A stretch of 64,000 bases of DNA, taken from assembly GCA_024275295.1 (NCBI GenBank), contig JAJRZI010000075.1, positions 10,903-74,902 of the forward strand, given 5' to 3'. This DNA is from Gammaproteobacteria bacterium (GTDB lineage: Bacteria > Pseudomonadota > Gammaproteobacteria > Chromatiales > Chromatiaceae). Both the position numbers and the translations under genes were made by a program. Under the pieces are notes generated by a model, which was not told the origin of the DNA, did no database searches, and was given only the letters and a program-made list of their open reading frames with translations. The number at the start of each line of letters is the position of its first letter. Position 1 is the stretch's first letter. This document shows, in pieces, positions 8,974 through 18,527 of the stretch.

Positions 8974-9002
8974 ACGGTGGACAATATGTCCACCGTTTTT
9001 CT
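8974..9002 (+). terminator. rho-independent terminator
   Basis: ACGGTGGACA-ATA-TGTCCACCGT (10-bp perfect arms) followed by TTTTCT. Confidence 0.75.
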
Positions 9003-9140
9003 ATGGTATGGCACTGTTCAGGGCATTGTGGTGGAGCCTGAAACGCCCGGAAAGAGGAGCGGTTAGCTAAATGGCAGGGTCTATACTGTGAGGTGGAATC
9101 GGAAGGAACCCGAAGGCAAAACAGCAACTGATCTAGGATA

Positions 9141-10601
9141 ATGAACACAGTGATACGAGAGAAAAGTCCGTACAGGCAGCTAATCTACCGCCCTTTCTGG
9201 ATCACCGTAACCGGCCTGTTGATCATCCTGACCCTGGCTTTGGCAGTGCTGATCAATTCCAGCTGGCGGGCGCTCGACCGCACTGCACCATTGAAGGAAC
9301 ACCTGGCGCTGATTGAAGAGATACAGCGTTACAGTGCCGAACTGGATAACCTGGCACCAAAATTCAAAACAACACCCCCAGAAAAATGGGTCACACAACT
9401 CACCCGGCTTAACAAGGCGTTAAAGGGTACGCTGGAGAGATCACAAATATTGAGCGATGAAGCACGATCGGCGCTGTTGCATGTGATTGACACACTGCAG
9501 GGTCTTAAAGTGGGTTCCGACCTCTCAACACTGAATATAAACATTCGCACGGCCCTGCACGCGGAGGTCAATGTTCAGAATAGATTGTTGATCCTGTTGG
9601 CCCGTGATAATCGTCTTGAACTGGAAGTTGCTACATTTATTGCGATCACTCTGACCTTGCTGGGTCTGTTAATGCTCTTTTTCCTACGTCATCGTATTCT
9701 AAGACCACTTGATGACTTGAGCCTGCTGATTACCCGGCTGGGGCGGCAACCGCTTCCTCCCGTGCCATTGGATGAGGTCGACCCCCTGCTGAAACCGCTG
9801 TTTATCGATTTTAATCGGTTTGTACAGCGTCTATCCGAATTGGAACTGGCGCAGCAAAAACACCGCCTGGAGCTTGAGAGCCGGGTTCGTGATGCCACGC
9901 AATCGCTATTGGAGTATCAACATACGCTGGCGCAATCGGAACGGCTTGCCGCCGTTGGTGAGCTTACCGCCGGGCTTGCACACGAGCTGCGCAACCCGCT
10001 GGCGGGCATTCATCTGGCGCTGGCCAACCTGAGCAATGAGATTGAAGACGGTGACAAGGTCTCCCGCCTCATGCTGGTGATGGAGGAGCTGGACAGGGTG
10101 ACAAAACTGCTTAATCAGGTACTCGATCAATCACGCTATTCGCCAGAATCCGCCAGCCGTTTCAATCTTGCTGAGATGCTGGACTCTTTGTTGCAGTTGG
10201 TGCGTTATCAAATCCCCCCGGCAATTGTGATTGAGCAGACAGTGGCGAAAGATATCCAATGCAATCTGCCCCAGGGCCGATTGCGGCAGGCCATGCTCAA
10301 TCTTATACTCAATGCGGCCCAGTCCATTGGCAAGGCGCAAGGCGTCATTACCATAGAGGCCAAAACTCATCAGGAGAGACTCACTCTGCGTATTTGTGAC
10401 AGTGGACGCGGGTTTCCAAAAAACCTGCTTGAGCATGGAATACGCCCCTTTTCGACGGGTCGGGAGCACGGCACCGGGCTGGGACTCGTTATCGTGCGTC
10501 GCTTTTGTCATGAACAAGGGGGGGAGCTGACCCTGTCCAACCTGCCATCCGGGGGGGCTTGCGTAGAGATAACCCTTCCATGGAGGTCGCAACATGGCTA
10601 A
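9141..10601 (+). CDS. sensor histidine kinase (NtrB-like partner of the sigma54 activator)
   Basis: 486 aa with 2 TM. H-box AGLAHELRNPLAGI, N box LNLILNAAQS, G boxes DSGRGF and GTGLGL. Overlaps the downstream regulator by 8 nt. Confidence 0.9.
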   Translation: MNTVIREKSPYRQLIYRPFWITVTGLLIILTLALAVLINSSWRALDRTAPLKEHLALIEEIQRYSAELDNLAPKFKTTPPEKWVTQLTRLNKALKGTLERSQILSDEARSALLHVIDTLQGLKVGSDLSTLNINIRTALHAEVNVQNRLLILLARDNRLELEVATFIAITLTLLGLLMLFFLRHRILRPLDDLSLLITRLGRQPLPPVPLDEVDPLLKPLFIDFNRFVQRLSELELAQQKHRLELESRVRDATQSLLEYQHTLAQSERLAAVGELTAGLAHELRNPLAGIHLALANLSNEIEDGDKVSRLMLVMEELDRVTKLLNQVLDQSRYSPESASRFNLAEMLDSLLQLVRYQIPPAIVIEQTVAKDIQCNLPQGRLRQAMLNLILNAAQSIGKAQGVITIEAKTHQERLTLRICDSGRGFPKNLLEHGIRPFSTGREHGTGLGLVIVRRFCHEQGGELTLSNLPSGGACVEITLPWRSQHG

Positions 10602-11961
10602 CACCCTACTGATTATTGAGGATGAACCCTTGCTGGGTGATGAGCTGTCGCGCCACTTCAAGCGACAGGGTTTCCATGTGGTTTTGGCCTCCAGCATCCA
10701 ACAAGCCCGGCACTGGTTATTAAAACAGCGGTTGGAACCACTGGTTGTCATTTCAGATATGAACCTGCCCGATGGTAACGGACTGGATCTGCTGGAGGAG
10801 ATTGGCGATCTGCGGGAGGCCAGTGAGTGGCTGTTTCTGACCGCTTATGGATCGGTGCCAGAGTCGGTTAGGGCGCTACAGCTTGGTGCCTATGACTTTC
10901 TCGAAAAGCCCTGTGATCTGGGGCGGCTTGACCTCGTTGTCGCCAGTGCCCAGCGCAGTGCCCAGGCTCAGCGGCGCCTGCGGGAACAGCACAGCATCCA
11001 CAATCAGCGCTATTCGGTTGATGCATTCCTGGGTGTGAGCCAACAGGCGCAACAGATACGGGAGATGCTCAAACGCCTCTGTGAAATCCCGTTCAGCTCG
11101 GTCATCATCAGCGGAGAGACCGGCACAGGAAAGGGATTGATCGCCAAGATCCTGCATCACTCCGGTCCCCGATCCGCCGCCCCCTTCATCGCAGTCAACT
11201 GTGCTGCCCTGCCGCATGATCTACTGGAGTCAGAGCTGTTTGGCCACGAAGCGGGAGCGTTCACTGGCGCAAAAAAGATGCGCCGCGGCCTGTTTGAACA
11301 GGCGGATGGGGGCACACTGTTTCTGGATGAGATTGGGGAGATGCCGCTGGATCTACAGAGCAAACTACTCAAAGCCATCGAGGATCAGAAAGTCCGGCGA
11401 CTGGGCAGTGAGGTTGAAACCGAGATCGACATCCAGATTATCGCAGCCAGCAATCAGAACCTGACGCAACAGGTCAGCGAAGGTCGATTCCGGGGCGACC
11501 TCTTTCATCGTTTAAGCCTGTTTGAACTTAAACTGCCATCACTACGAGAACGCAAGGAGGATCTTGAACAGCTGGTGCCTGCGCTCATCAGTGAATTTAA
11601 TCTCAAGGCCCCCCGGCAGGTGACGAAGATTCCACAACAGGCGTGGCAACAGCTCCAGCGTCATGACTGGCCCGGCAACGTGCGCGAATTGCGCAATGTT
11701 ATTGAGCGTTGTGTCCTGTTTGCGGGGGATGAAAATCTGCCGCTACAGTGGCTGCAGCTTGACACAATGCTCTCCCCGTCCCATAGCGCTGATGATGTCC
11801 TCATCATCCCGCTTGATGGCAGTATCTCGCTGGATGCGATGGAACGCCATATTATCAAAGAGGCGCTGCAGCGCTGCAACAACAGCACTGCTGCTGCGGC
11901 CCGGATGCTGGGGGTAAGCCGCGAAAAGCTGCGCTATCGAAAACAGAAACATGCACTGTGA
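10594..11961 (+). CDS. sigma54-dependent response regulator (NtrC family)
   Basis: Receiver domain ([21 protein letters not shown]), AAA+ domain ([31 protein letters not shown]), and C-terminal HTH ([15 protein letters not shown]). Confidence 0.95.
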   Translation: MANTLLIIEDEPLLGDELSRHFKRQGFHVVLASSIQQARHWLLKQRLEPLVVISDMNLPDGNGLDLLEEIGDLREASEWLFLTAYGSVPESVRALQLGAYDFLEKPCDLGRLDLVVASAQRSAQAQRRLREQHSIHNQRYSVDAFLGVSQQAQQIREMLKRLCEIPFSSVIISGETGTGKGLIAKILHHSGPRSAAPFIAVNCAALPHDLLESELFGHEAGAFTGAKKMRRGLFEQADGGTLFLDEIGEMPLDLQSKLLKAIEDQKVRRLGSEVETEIDIQIIAASNQNLTQQVSEGRFRGDLFHRLSLFELKLPSLRERKEDLEQLVPALISEFNLKAPRQVTKIPQQAWQQLQRHDWPGNVRELRNVIERCVLFAGDENLPLQWLQLDTMLSPSHSADDVLIIPLDGSISLDAMERHIIKEALQRCNNSTAAAARMLGVSREKLRYRKQKHAL

Positions 11962-11985
11962 TCATTTAAAGAGAGTGAGGTAGAG

Positions 11986-13425
11986 ATGTCGACAACAGAG
12001 GATCAGAGCAGCGGCTTGACCGCTTTTGAGCGGCGATCTGCCATCTCACTCGGCGCGGTGTTCTCCCTGCGTATGCTGGGTCTGTTTATGATTCTGCCGG
12101 TTTTTTCCCTGTATGCAGAGCATCTGCAGGGGGTGACTCCGACCCTGACCGGCCTGGCCATCGGAGCCTACGGTCTGACCCAGGCACTGCTACAGATCCC
12201 TTTTGGTATGCTTTCCGACCGCATTGGGCGCAAGCGGGTTATTATCATGGGTCTGCTGATCTTTGCTGCGGGCAGCGTGGTAGCGGCGCTCTCCGGTTCG
12301 ATCTGGGGTGTCATCGCGGGTCGCGCCCTCCAGGGGGCGGGGGCTATCGCTGCTGCGGTGATGGCATTGATGGCGGATCTGACCCAGGAGGAGCACCGGG
12401 CAAGGGCGATGGCGATCTTCGGCGGCAGCATTGGCATGTCGTTCACCCTGGCGCTGGTATTGGGGCCGGTGCTTAATGGCTGGATCGGTGTCTCCGGCAT
12501 CTTCTGGCTGACTGGCGGGCTGGCGCTCTCGGGTATCCTGATGACGCGCTATTGGGTTCCTCAACCGTTGGTCAGTACCTTTCACCGGGATGCCGAGCCT
12601 GTTCCCTCCCAATTCAAACGGGTGCTGGCCAATCCGCAACTGCTGCGCCTGGATTTCGGCATCCTGGTCATGCACCTGCTGATTACCGCTACCTTTGTGG
12701 CGCTCCCCCTGGTGTTGCGGGATGTGGCGGGTATGCCCCAGGAACATCACTGGTGGGTCTATCTGCCAGTGCTGCTGCTGAGCGTCATGACGATGTTTCC
12801 ATTCCTGGTTCTGTCTGAGAGACGAGGCCGAACGAAGGAGGTTTTTCTTGGGGCGATCACCCTGCTCGCACTGGCTGAGTTCGGGCTGGCGGAGTTTCAT
12901 GCCGGTCTTATGCAGATTGTCCCACTGCTTTTTCTCTTCTTCCTGGCCTTCAATATCTTGGAGGCCAGCCTGCCATCGCTGGTCTCCAAGCTGGCTCCGG
13001 CGGGCAGCAAGGGGACGGCCCTGGGGGTCTATAGCACCTCGCAGTTTCTTGGTGCCTTTCTGGGTGGTGGGCTGGGTGGCTGGCTGCTGGGGGTCTATGG
13101 CCCGGGCGGCGTATTCATGCTGTGCGGGGCGGCTGTGACGGTGTGGCTGCTGGTTGCATCTGGCATGCGCCAGCCGGCAAACCTGAAAACCCGTATGATT
13201 CATACCGTCCAGCTGGATGCCCAGGAAGCGAGACGGCTGGAGCAGAACCTGCTCACGGTTTCCGGTGTTGCTGAAGCCGTGGTGATTACTGAAGAGCGCA
13301 TGGCCTATCTCAAGGTGGTGGAGTCCGAGCTGGATGAGAAGGCGCTGGATGAATTTCTCTGGTATCTGCGTTCCAGCCATGGCGCTGAAACAGCGCAAGA
13401 CGCCGAGGCTTCGTTCATTGCATGA
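11986..13425 (+). CDS. yajR: MFS transporter, YajR family with C-terminal YAM-type domain
   Basis: 479 aa. The N-terminal half aligns by eye with E. coli YajR (VFSLRMLG.FM.LPV, GLTQA..QIPFG.LSDRIGRK, GRALQG.GAIAAAVMAL). It carries a ~80-aa soluble C-terminal extension. The stop overlaps the next gene (ATGA at 13422). Confidence 0.8.
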   Translation: MSTTEDQSSGLTAFERRSAISLGAVFSLRMLGLFMILPVFSLYAEHLQGVTPTLTGLAIGAYGLTQALLQIPFGMLSDRIGRKRVIIMGLLIFAAGSVVAALSGSIWGVIAGRALQGAGAIAAAVMALMADLTQEEHRARAMAIFGGSIGMSFTLALVLGPVLNGWIGVSGIFWLTGGLALSGILMTRYWVPQPLVSTFHRDAEPVPSQFKRVLANPQLLRLDFGILVMHLLITATFVALPLVLRDVAGMPQEHHWWVYLPVLLLSVMTMFPFLVLSERRGRTKEVFLGAITLLALAEFGLAEFHAGLMQIVPLLFLFFLAFNILEASLPSLVSKLAPAGSKGTALGVYSTSQFLGAFLGGGLGGWLLGVYGPGGVFMLCGAAVTVWLLVASGMRQPANLKTRMIHTVQLDAQEARRLEQNLLTVSGVAEAVVITEERMAYLKVVESELDEKALDEFLWYLRSSHGAETAQDAEASFIA

Positions 13426-15428
13426 ATAGTCCTATCGTGCTGGCATTGACACATCTGTCATTGGTACTTTTGTTGGTGGCTGCTCTCTGGGCGGTGATTG
13501 GCCCACAGGCCAGAGGGCGCCACATCTTCTTTGGTGTGCTGCTGCTGGCTTCCCTCTCTGCACTGGTTGCCGGTCTCGGCGCTCTGCTCGGGCATACGGC
13601 GTCTGCTGAATACCCCGCACTCGGTCTGCCCTGGTTGCACTGGCATCTGACGCTTGATCCGCTGGCGGGCTTTTTTCTGGCGCTGATTGGCCTGATCAGT
13701 ACAGCGGTCAGCCTCTATGGGCCGGATTATCTGCTCGAACACCGCCATGACCGAACCGCTTTGGGACATCTGGGATTTTTCACGGCGCTGTTCGTGCTGG
13801 GGATGGAACTGGTGGTGCTGGCCGGTGATGCCTTCGCCTTTATGGTGGCCTGGGAGCTGATGTCACTTGCCAGCTATTTTCTCGTTGTCTTCCGCCATGA
13901 GCAGGCGGCTAACCGGCGCGCCGCCTTTCTCTATCTGCTAATGGCGCAGATTGGCGGCCTCTTTATCCTGCTCGGTTTTGGTGTGCTGGCGAGCTTCGGC
14001 GGCGGGTTCGCTTTTGACGCCATGCGGGAGGCGGTGCTCTCGCCGCTGTGGGCGAGCGTGGCCTTCGGGCTGGCCTTTGTCGGCTTTGGCATGAAGGCGG
14101 GGCTGGTGCCTCTGCATGCCTGGCTGCCGGAGGCGCATCCGGTGGCGCCTTCCCATGTGTCGGCGCTGATGTCCGGGGTGATGCTCAAGGTGGCGGTCTA
14201 TGGTTTTATCCGTTTTGTGTTTGATCTTATCGGTGATCTTCAATGGCAGTGGGGGGTGGTGGTGTTGGCGGTGGGTAGCGTGTCAGCCCTGATGGGAGTG
14301 CTCTATGCCCTGATGCAGCATGATCTCAAGCGGCTGCTGGCCTATCACTCGGTGGAGAACATCGGCATCATCTTTATTGGATTGGGGCTGGGGATCATCT
14401 TTCTGGCCAGTGGGCAGCCGCTGCCAGGGGTGCTGGGGCTGGTGGCCGCCCTCTACCACTGTCTCAACCACGCCCTGTTCAAGAGCCTGCTGTTCCTCGG
14501 TGCGGGCGCTATTCTGCACACCTCTCACGAGCGGGATCTGGAACGCATGGGCGGTCTGCTGCGGCGCATGCCCTGGACCGGACTCTTTTTTCTGGTGGGT
14601 TGTCTCAGCATCTCGGCGCTGCCGCCGTTCAACGGCTTTGTATCCGAGTGGCTCACCTTTCAGACCGCGCTCCAGGCCTGGTCCCTGGAGGGGGGTGTGA
14701 TGCGTAGTCTGATCCCGATTGCTGCTGCCATGCTGGCCCTGACGGGTGCGCTGGCGGCGGCCTGCTTCGTCAAGGTCTACGGTGTGGCCTTTCTGTGGCA
14801 GGCACGCAGCCGTCCGGTTCGCAGGGCGCGTCCGACGCCTCTCGGCATGCGGCTGGGACAGGGACTGTTGGCACTGCTCTGTCTGCTGGCCGGGGTCTTT
14901 CCGACGGGGCTGTTGCAACTGCTGGATGCGGTGCCCCAACAGTTATTTGGGCAGGGTCTGACCGAGGCCACCGCCCACGGCTGGCTCTGGCTGACCCCGC
15001 TGTCGGCCCGGACTGCCAGTTATGCAGCGCCCATCGTGGTGATCGCGCTGGCCGCAGTCTGGCTGCTCGGGGTCTGGTGGCTGCGCCGCCTGGCGGTGAA
15101 CAGAATTCGGGTCTACGATCCCTGGGATTGTGGTTTTGCCTCTTCCATCCCCCGACCAAGCATGCAGTACACAGCCACCGCCTTTACCCAGCCGATCCGC
15201 CGGATCTTCGGGGTGCTGTTTCACCTGGATGAGCGGGTGGAGCGGGGGGAGGAGATCCGTTATCAACTACAGGTCGGTGATCGGGCCTGGGGCCTTTTCT
15301 ATCAGCCGGTTGAGCGCATCATCAGGGCAGCGGCCCGGCGCATCGGTTTTCTGCAATCGGGTCAGGTTCGCGTCTATCTCGGTGGTGCTTTGATGACCCT
15401 GCTGGTGCTGTTATGGCTGATCTCCTGA
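13422..15428 (+). CDS. HyfB/NuoL/MrpA-like antiporter-type membrane subunit of a hydrogenase-4-like (Ehr-type) complex
   Basis: 668 aa, polytopic. WLPEAHPVAPSHVSALMSG motif of the complex I L/M/N family. Confidence 0.85.
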   Translation: MNSPIVLALTHLSLVLLLVAALWAVIGPQARGRHIFFGVLLLASLSALVAGLGALLGHTASAEYPALGLPWLHWHLTLDPLAGFFLALIGLISTAVSLYGPDYLLEHRHDRTALGHLGFFTALFVLGMELVVLAGDAFAFMVAWELMSLASYFLVVFRHEQAANRRAAFLYLLMAQIGGLFILLGFGVLASFGGGFAFDAMREAVLSPLWASVAFGLAFVGFGMKAGLVPLHAWLPEAHPVAPSHVSALMSGVMLKVAVYGFIRFVFDLIGDLQWQWGVVVLAVGSVSALMGVLYALMQHDLKRLLAYHSVENIGIIFIGLGLGIIFLASGQPLPGVLGLVAALYHCLNHALFKSLLFLGAGAILHTSHERDLERMGGLLRRMPWTGLFFLVGCLSISALPPFNGFVSEWLTFQTALQAWSLEGGVMRSLIPIAAAMLALTGALAAACFVKVYGVAFLWQARSRPVRRARPTPLGMRLGQGLLALLCLLAGVFPTGLLQLLDAVPQQLFGQGLTEATAHGWLWLTPLSARTASYAAPIVVIALAAVWLLGVWWLRRLAVNRIRVYDPWDCGFASSIPRPSMQYTATAFTQPIRRIFGVLFHLDERVERGEEIRYQLQVGDRAWGLFYQPVERIIRAAARRIGFLQSGQVRVYLGGALMTLLVLLWLIS

Positions 15429-16381
15429 ACAGTCCGGCAGCCTGGGGGCTGGCCCTGGTGCAGGGGCTGCTGTTTCTGCTGGCGGCGCCGCTGTTGACCG
15501 CCTGGGTGCGGCGGGTCAAGGCGCGGCTGCAGAACCGGCGCGGCGCACCCCTGTTGCAGCCCTACCGGGATCTCTACAAGTTGTTCGCCAAGGAGGCGAT
15601 GGTGGCGCGCACCACCTCCGGCCTGTTCCTGGCTGCCCCCTATATCGTCTTCGGCAGTACCCTGCTGGCGGGCGCCGTGGTGCCGCTGCTTGCGGTGAAT
15701 CTGCCCACCGCCGCCATCGCCGATGTCATTGTGCTGGCGGGGTTTTTCGCCCTGGGGCGCTTCTTTCTCACCCTGGCGGGGATGGATGCGGGCACCGCCT
15801 TTGGCGGCATGGGCGCCTCGCGTGAGATGCTGGTCTCGGCACTGGCGGAGCCGGCCCTGCTGATGGCCGTCTTCACCCTGGCCATGACCGCCCACAGTAC
15901 CAATCTCTCCAGCGTGGTGGCGTATCAGCTCGATGCCGGACTGGTGCTGCGTCCATCCTATCTGTTCGCCCTGTTGGGACTGGTGCTGGTGGCTATCGCC
16001 GAGACCGGCCGTATCCCGGTGGACAATCCGGCCACCCATCTGGAGCTGACCATGATTCACGAAGCGATGATCCTGGAGTACAGCGGCCGCCATCTTGCCT
16101 TGATGGAGGGAGCAGCGCAGCTGAAGCTGATGATCTATGGGGTGCTGATCAGCAATATCTTCTTCCCCTGGGGGATTGCCACTGAATTCACCCCGGCCGC
16201 GCTGCTGCTGGGATTGGTTGCAATCACTGCCAAACTGGCTCTGCTCGGGGTGCTGCTGGCGGTGGCGGAGACGGTGCTGGCCAAGATGCGCCTGTTCCGG
16301 GCGCCGGAGTTCCTCAATATGGCGCTGCTGTTCTCGGTGCTGGGGCTGTTGAGCCATGTGATCCTGGAGGTGGGAGCGTGA
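15413..16381 (+). CDS. HyfC/HycD/NuoH-like membrane subunit
   Basis: 322 aa, polytopic. NuoH/HycD-like (IAETGRIPVDNPATHLELTM, EYSG). 16-nt overlap with the preceding gene. Confidence 0.8.
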   Translation: MADLLNSPAAWGLALVQGLLFLLAAPLLTAWVRRVKARLQNRRGAPLLQPYRDLYKLFAKEAMVARTTSGLFLAAPYIVFGSTLLAGAVVPLLAVNLPTAAIADVIVLAGFFALGRFFLTLAGMDAGTAFGGMGASREMLVSALAEPALLMAVFTLAMTAHSTNLSSVVAYQLDAGLVLRPSYLFALLGLVLVAIAETGRIPVDNPATHLELTMIHEAMILEYSGRHLALMEGAAQLKLMIYGVLISNIFFPWGIATEFTPAALLLGLVAITAKLALLGVLLAVAETVLAKMRLFRAPEFLNMALLFSVLGLLSHVILEVGA

Positions 16382-17058
16382 GCATTACACAGCTCTCCCT
16401 GCTGGAGCAGGCGGTGTTTGTGCTGGCCGCCCTGGTGCTGTTCACCTCCTTTGCCCTGCTGGGGCAGGCGCGGCTGCTCTCCACCATCCACCTGTTTGCC
16501 TGGCAGGGGCTGGCACTGGCGCTGGTCAGTAGCCTGGTGGCGACGGCCACGAATGAACCTCATCTCTATCTTTCGGCGCTGCTGACGCTCAGCCTCAAGG
16601 CACTGCTCATTCCCTGGATGCTGCACCGGCTGGTGCGCCGCCTGGAGCTGGAGCGTCATGCGGAGCCGTTACGCCACCCCGTTATGGTGATGCTGGCGGG
16701 TACGGCGCTGGTGATCTTCAGCTATTGGATCGTACTGCCCATCGAGCGCCTGGAGCTGGCGGCCACCCGCAATATCATCGCCATTAGTCTGGCGGTGATC
16801 CTGATCGGCCTGCTGATCATGGTGATGCGGCGTCAGGCGGTGATTAAGGTGATCGGCTTCATGTCGATGGAGAACGGCCTGTTCCTGGCGGCGGTGGCCG
16901 CCACCCACGGCATGCCGCTGGTGGTGGAGCTGGGGGTCGCCTTCGATGTGCTGATTGCCGCTGTGCTGTTTGGTGTCTTCTTTTTTCATATCAGTGAAAG
17001 CATCGAATCGCTGGATGTGGATCGCCTGAACCGGCTGCGCGCCAGGGATAAATCATGA
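16378..17058 (+). CDS. HyfE-like small membrane subunit
   Basis: 226 aa, about 7 TM. Position and size match hydrogenase-4 component E. GTGA overlap with the preceding gene. Confidence 0.7.
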   Translation: MSITQLSLLEQAVFVLAALVLFTSFALLGQARLLSTIHLFAWQGLALALVSSLVATATNEPHLYLSALLTLSLKALLIPWMLHRLVRRLELERHAEPLRHPVMVMLAGTALVIFSYWIVLPIERLELAATRNIIAISLAVILIGLLIMVMRRQAVIKVIGFMSMENGLFLAAVAATHGMPLVVELGVAFDVLIAAVLFGVFFFHISESIESLDVDRLNRLRARDKS

Positions 17059-18527
17059 GCCTGTTGACGATCACGGTTTTCCTCCCGTTGGCGGGGGGCA
17101 TTCTGTTGGCGTTTGTCCGTTCGTCGACAGTGGCCGGTTGGATCAATGTGGGGCTGTCGGGCTTGACCCTGGCCGCTTCGGTAGCGCTGGCGCTGGGGGT
17201 GTTGGATTCGGGTGCCTATGCCGTGCCGGGGTTTCATCTTGATGCCTTCAATGTCTATCTGGTGGTGCTGACCGCGCTGGTGGGGTTGACCACAGGCATC
17301 TTCTCGCGGCCCTATATGGCCTTTATCCGGCTGGAGAGAGGGATCAGCGCCAAGCGCATGCGGCTCTACCATTCGATGTACCAGGGCTTCATGTTCACCA
17401 TGCTGCTGGCGCTCACCACCGACAACCTGGGGGTGCTCTGGGTGGCGGTGGAGGGGGCGACCCTGGCCACGGTGCTGCTGGTCAGCCTCTACCGCACCCC
17501 GGAGTCGGTGGAGGCGGCGTGGAAATATTTCATCCTCTGCGGCGTGGGTATTGCACTGGCCCTGTTCGGCACCGTGCTGGTCTATTTTGCCGCTCAGCAT
17601 GTGCTGACCGATCCTGCACAGGGGCTGATCTGGACCCGGCTGCATCAGGCGGCTGGCCGTTTAGATCCTGCGGTGATGAGTATCGCCTTTGTCTTTCTGC
17701 TGGTGGGTTACGGCACCAAGGTGGGGCTGGTGCCGCTGCACAACTGGTTGCCGGATGCCCACTCCGAGGGGCCGACGCCGGTCTCCGCCGTGCTCTCCGG
17801 GTTGCTGCTCAATGTGGCCCTCTACGCCGTGGTGCGTTTCAAGATGTTGGTGGACGGTTCGCTGGCGGGCACGCCCAAGGCGGCCATTGCGGGCCATCTG
17901 ATGATGGGGTTTGGGTTGCTCTCGTTCCTAGTGGCCGGGCTGTTCCTGCACCGTCAGCGTGATATCAAACGCCTGTTCAGCTACTCATCCATCGAGCACA
18001 TGGGGCTGATGACCTTTGCCTTTGGCATCGGCGGGCCGTTGGCCACCTTTGGAGCGCTGCTGCACATGCTGGTGCATTCGCTTACCAAGTCCGCCATCTT
18101 CATCACTGTGGGGCATGCCACCCATATTGCAGGAACCCAGGCCATCGACAATATCCGCGGCCTGATCCGCACCCAGCCGGCGGTGGGGTGGGGGTTGCTC
18201 ATCGGGGTGGCGGCCATTGCCGGTTTTCCTCCGTTTGGGGTTTTTACCAGTGAGTTCCTGTTGCTTTCGGCGACGATGCAGAGCTGGCCCTGGCTCACCG
18301 TGGCGTTGCTGATGGGGCTGGCGGTGGCCTTTGCCGGTCTGTTCCGCCACCTGCATCCGATGGTCTATAGTGCCGCGCCGGATGGGCAGCAGGCAGTGAG
18401 AGCCAATATGTTGCCGGTGGCGCTGCATCTGGGGCTGGTGCTCTGGCTGGGGCTGGCCGTTCCTCCATTTCTGGCCCGCTGGCTAGATCAGGCAACGCTG
18501 TTGATTACCGGGAGCCGCCTGTTATGA
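17055..18527 (+). CDS. HyfF/NuoN/M-like antiporter-type membrane subunit
   Basis: 490 aa. WLPDAHSEGPTPVSAVLSG motif. ATGA overlaps at both ends. Confidence 0.85.
   Translation: MSLLTITVFLPLAGGILLAFVRSSTVAGWINVGLSGLTLAASVALALGVLDSGAYAVPGFHLDAFNVYLVVLTALVGLTTGIFSRPYMAFIRLERGISAKRMRLYHSMYQGFMFTMLLALTTDNLGVLWVAVEGATLATVLLVSLYRTPESVEAAWKYFILCGVGIALALFGTVLVYFAAQHVLTDPAQGLIWTRLHQAAGRLDPAVMSIAFVFLLVGYGTKVGLVPLHNWLPDAHSEGPTPVSAVLSGLLLNVALYAVVRFKMLVDGSLAGTPKAAIAGHLMMGFGLLSFLVAGLFLHRQRDIKRLFSYSSIEHMGLMTFAFGIGGPLATFGALLHMLVHSLTKSAIFITVGHATHIAGTQAIDNIRGLIRTQPAVGWGLLIGVAAIAGFPPFGVFTSEFLLLSATMQSWPWLTVALLMGLAVAFAGLFRHLHPMVYSAAPDGQQAVRANMLPVALHLGLVLWLGLAVPPFLARWLDQATLLITGSRLL

Noticed and set aside
12190-13398. 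Long antisense ORFs across the GC-rich region: 12190-13398, 14283-14939, 15374-16357, 16986-17645, 18662-19459, 19598-20413, 21245-22096 and 10131-10751, all on the minus strand.
   Set aside because: Each lies entirely opposite a gene with clear family motifs. Their products are low-complexity and rich in His/Gln/Arg/Pro/Gly, with no motifs. Long stop-free antisense frames are expected in high-GC coding DNA.
13180-13425. Extra soluble beta-alpha-beta-like C-terminal domain on the MFS transporter, possibly a novel fusion or a metal-binding HMA domain without CxxC.
   Set aside because: The whole protein aligns with E. coli YajR, which is known to carry exactly such a C-terminal (YAM) domain. 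It is a family feature, not a novelty.
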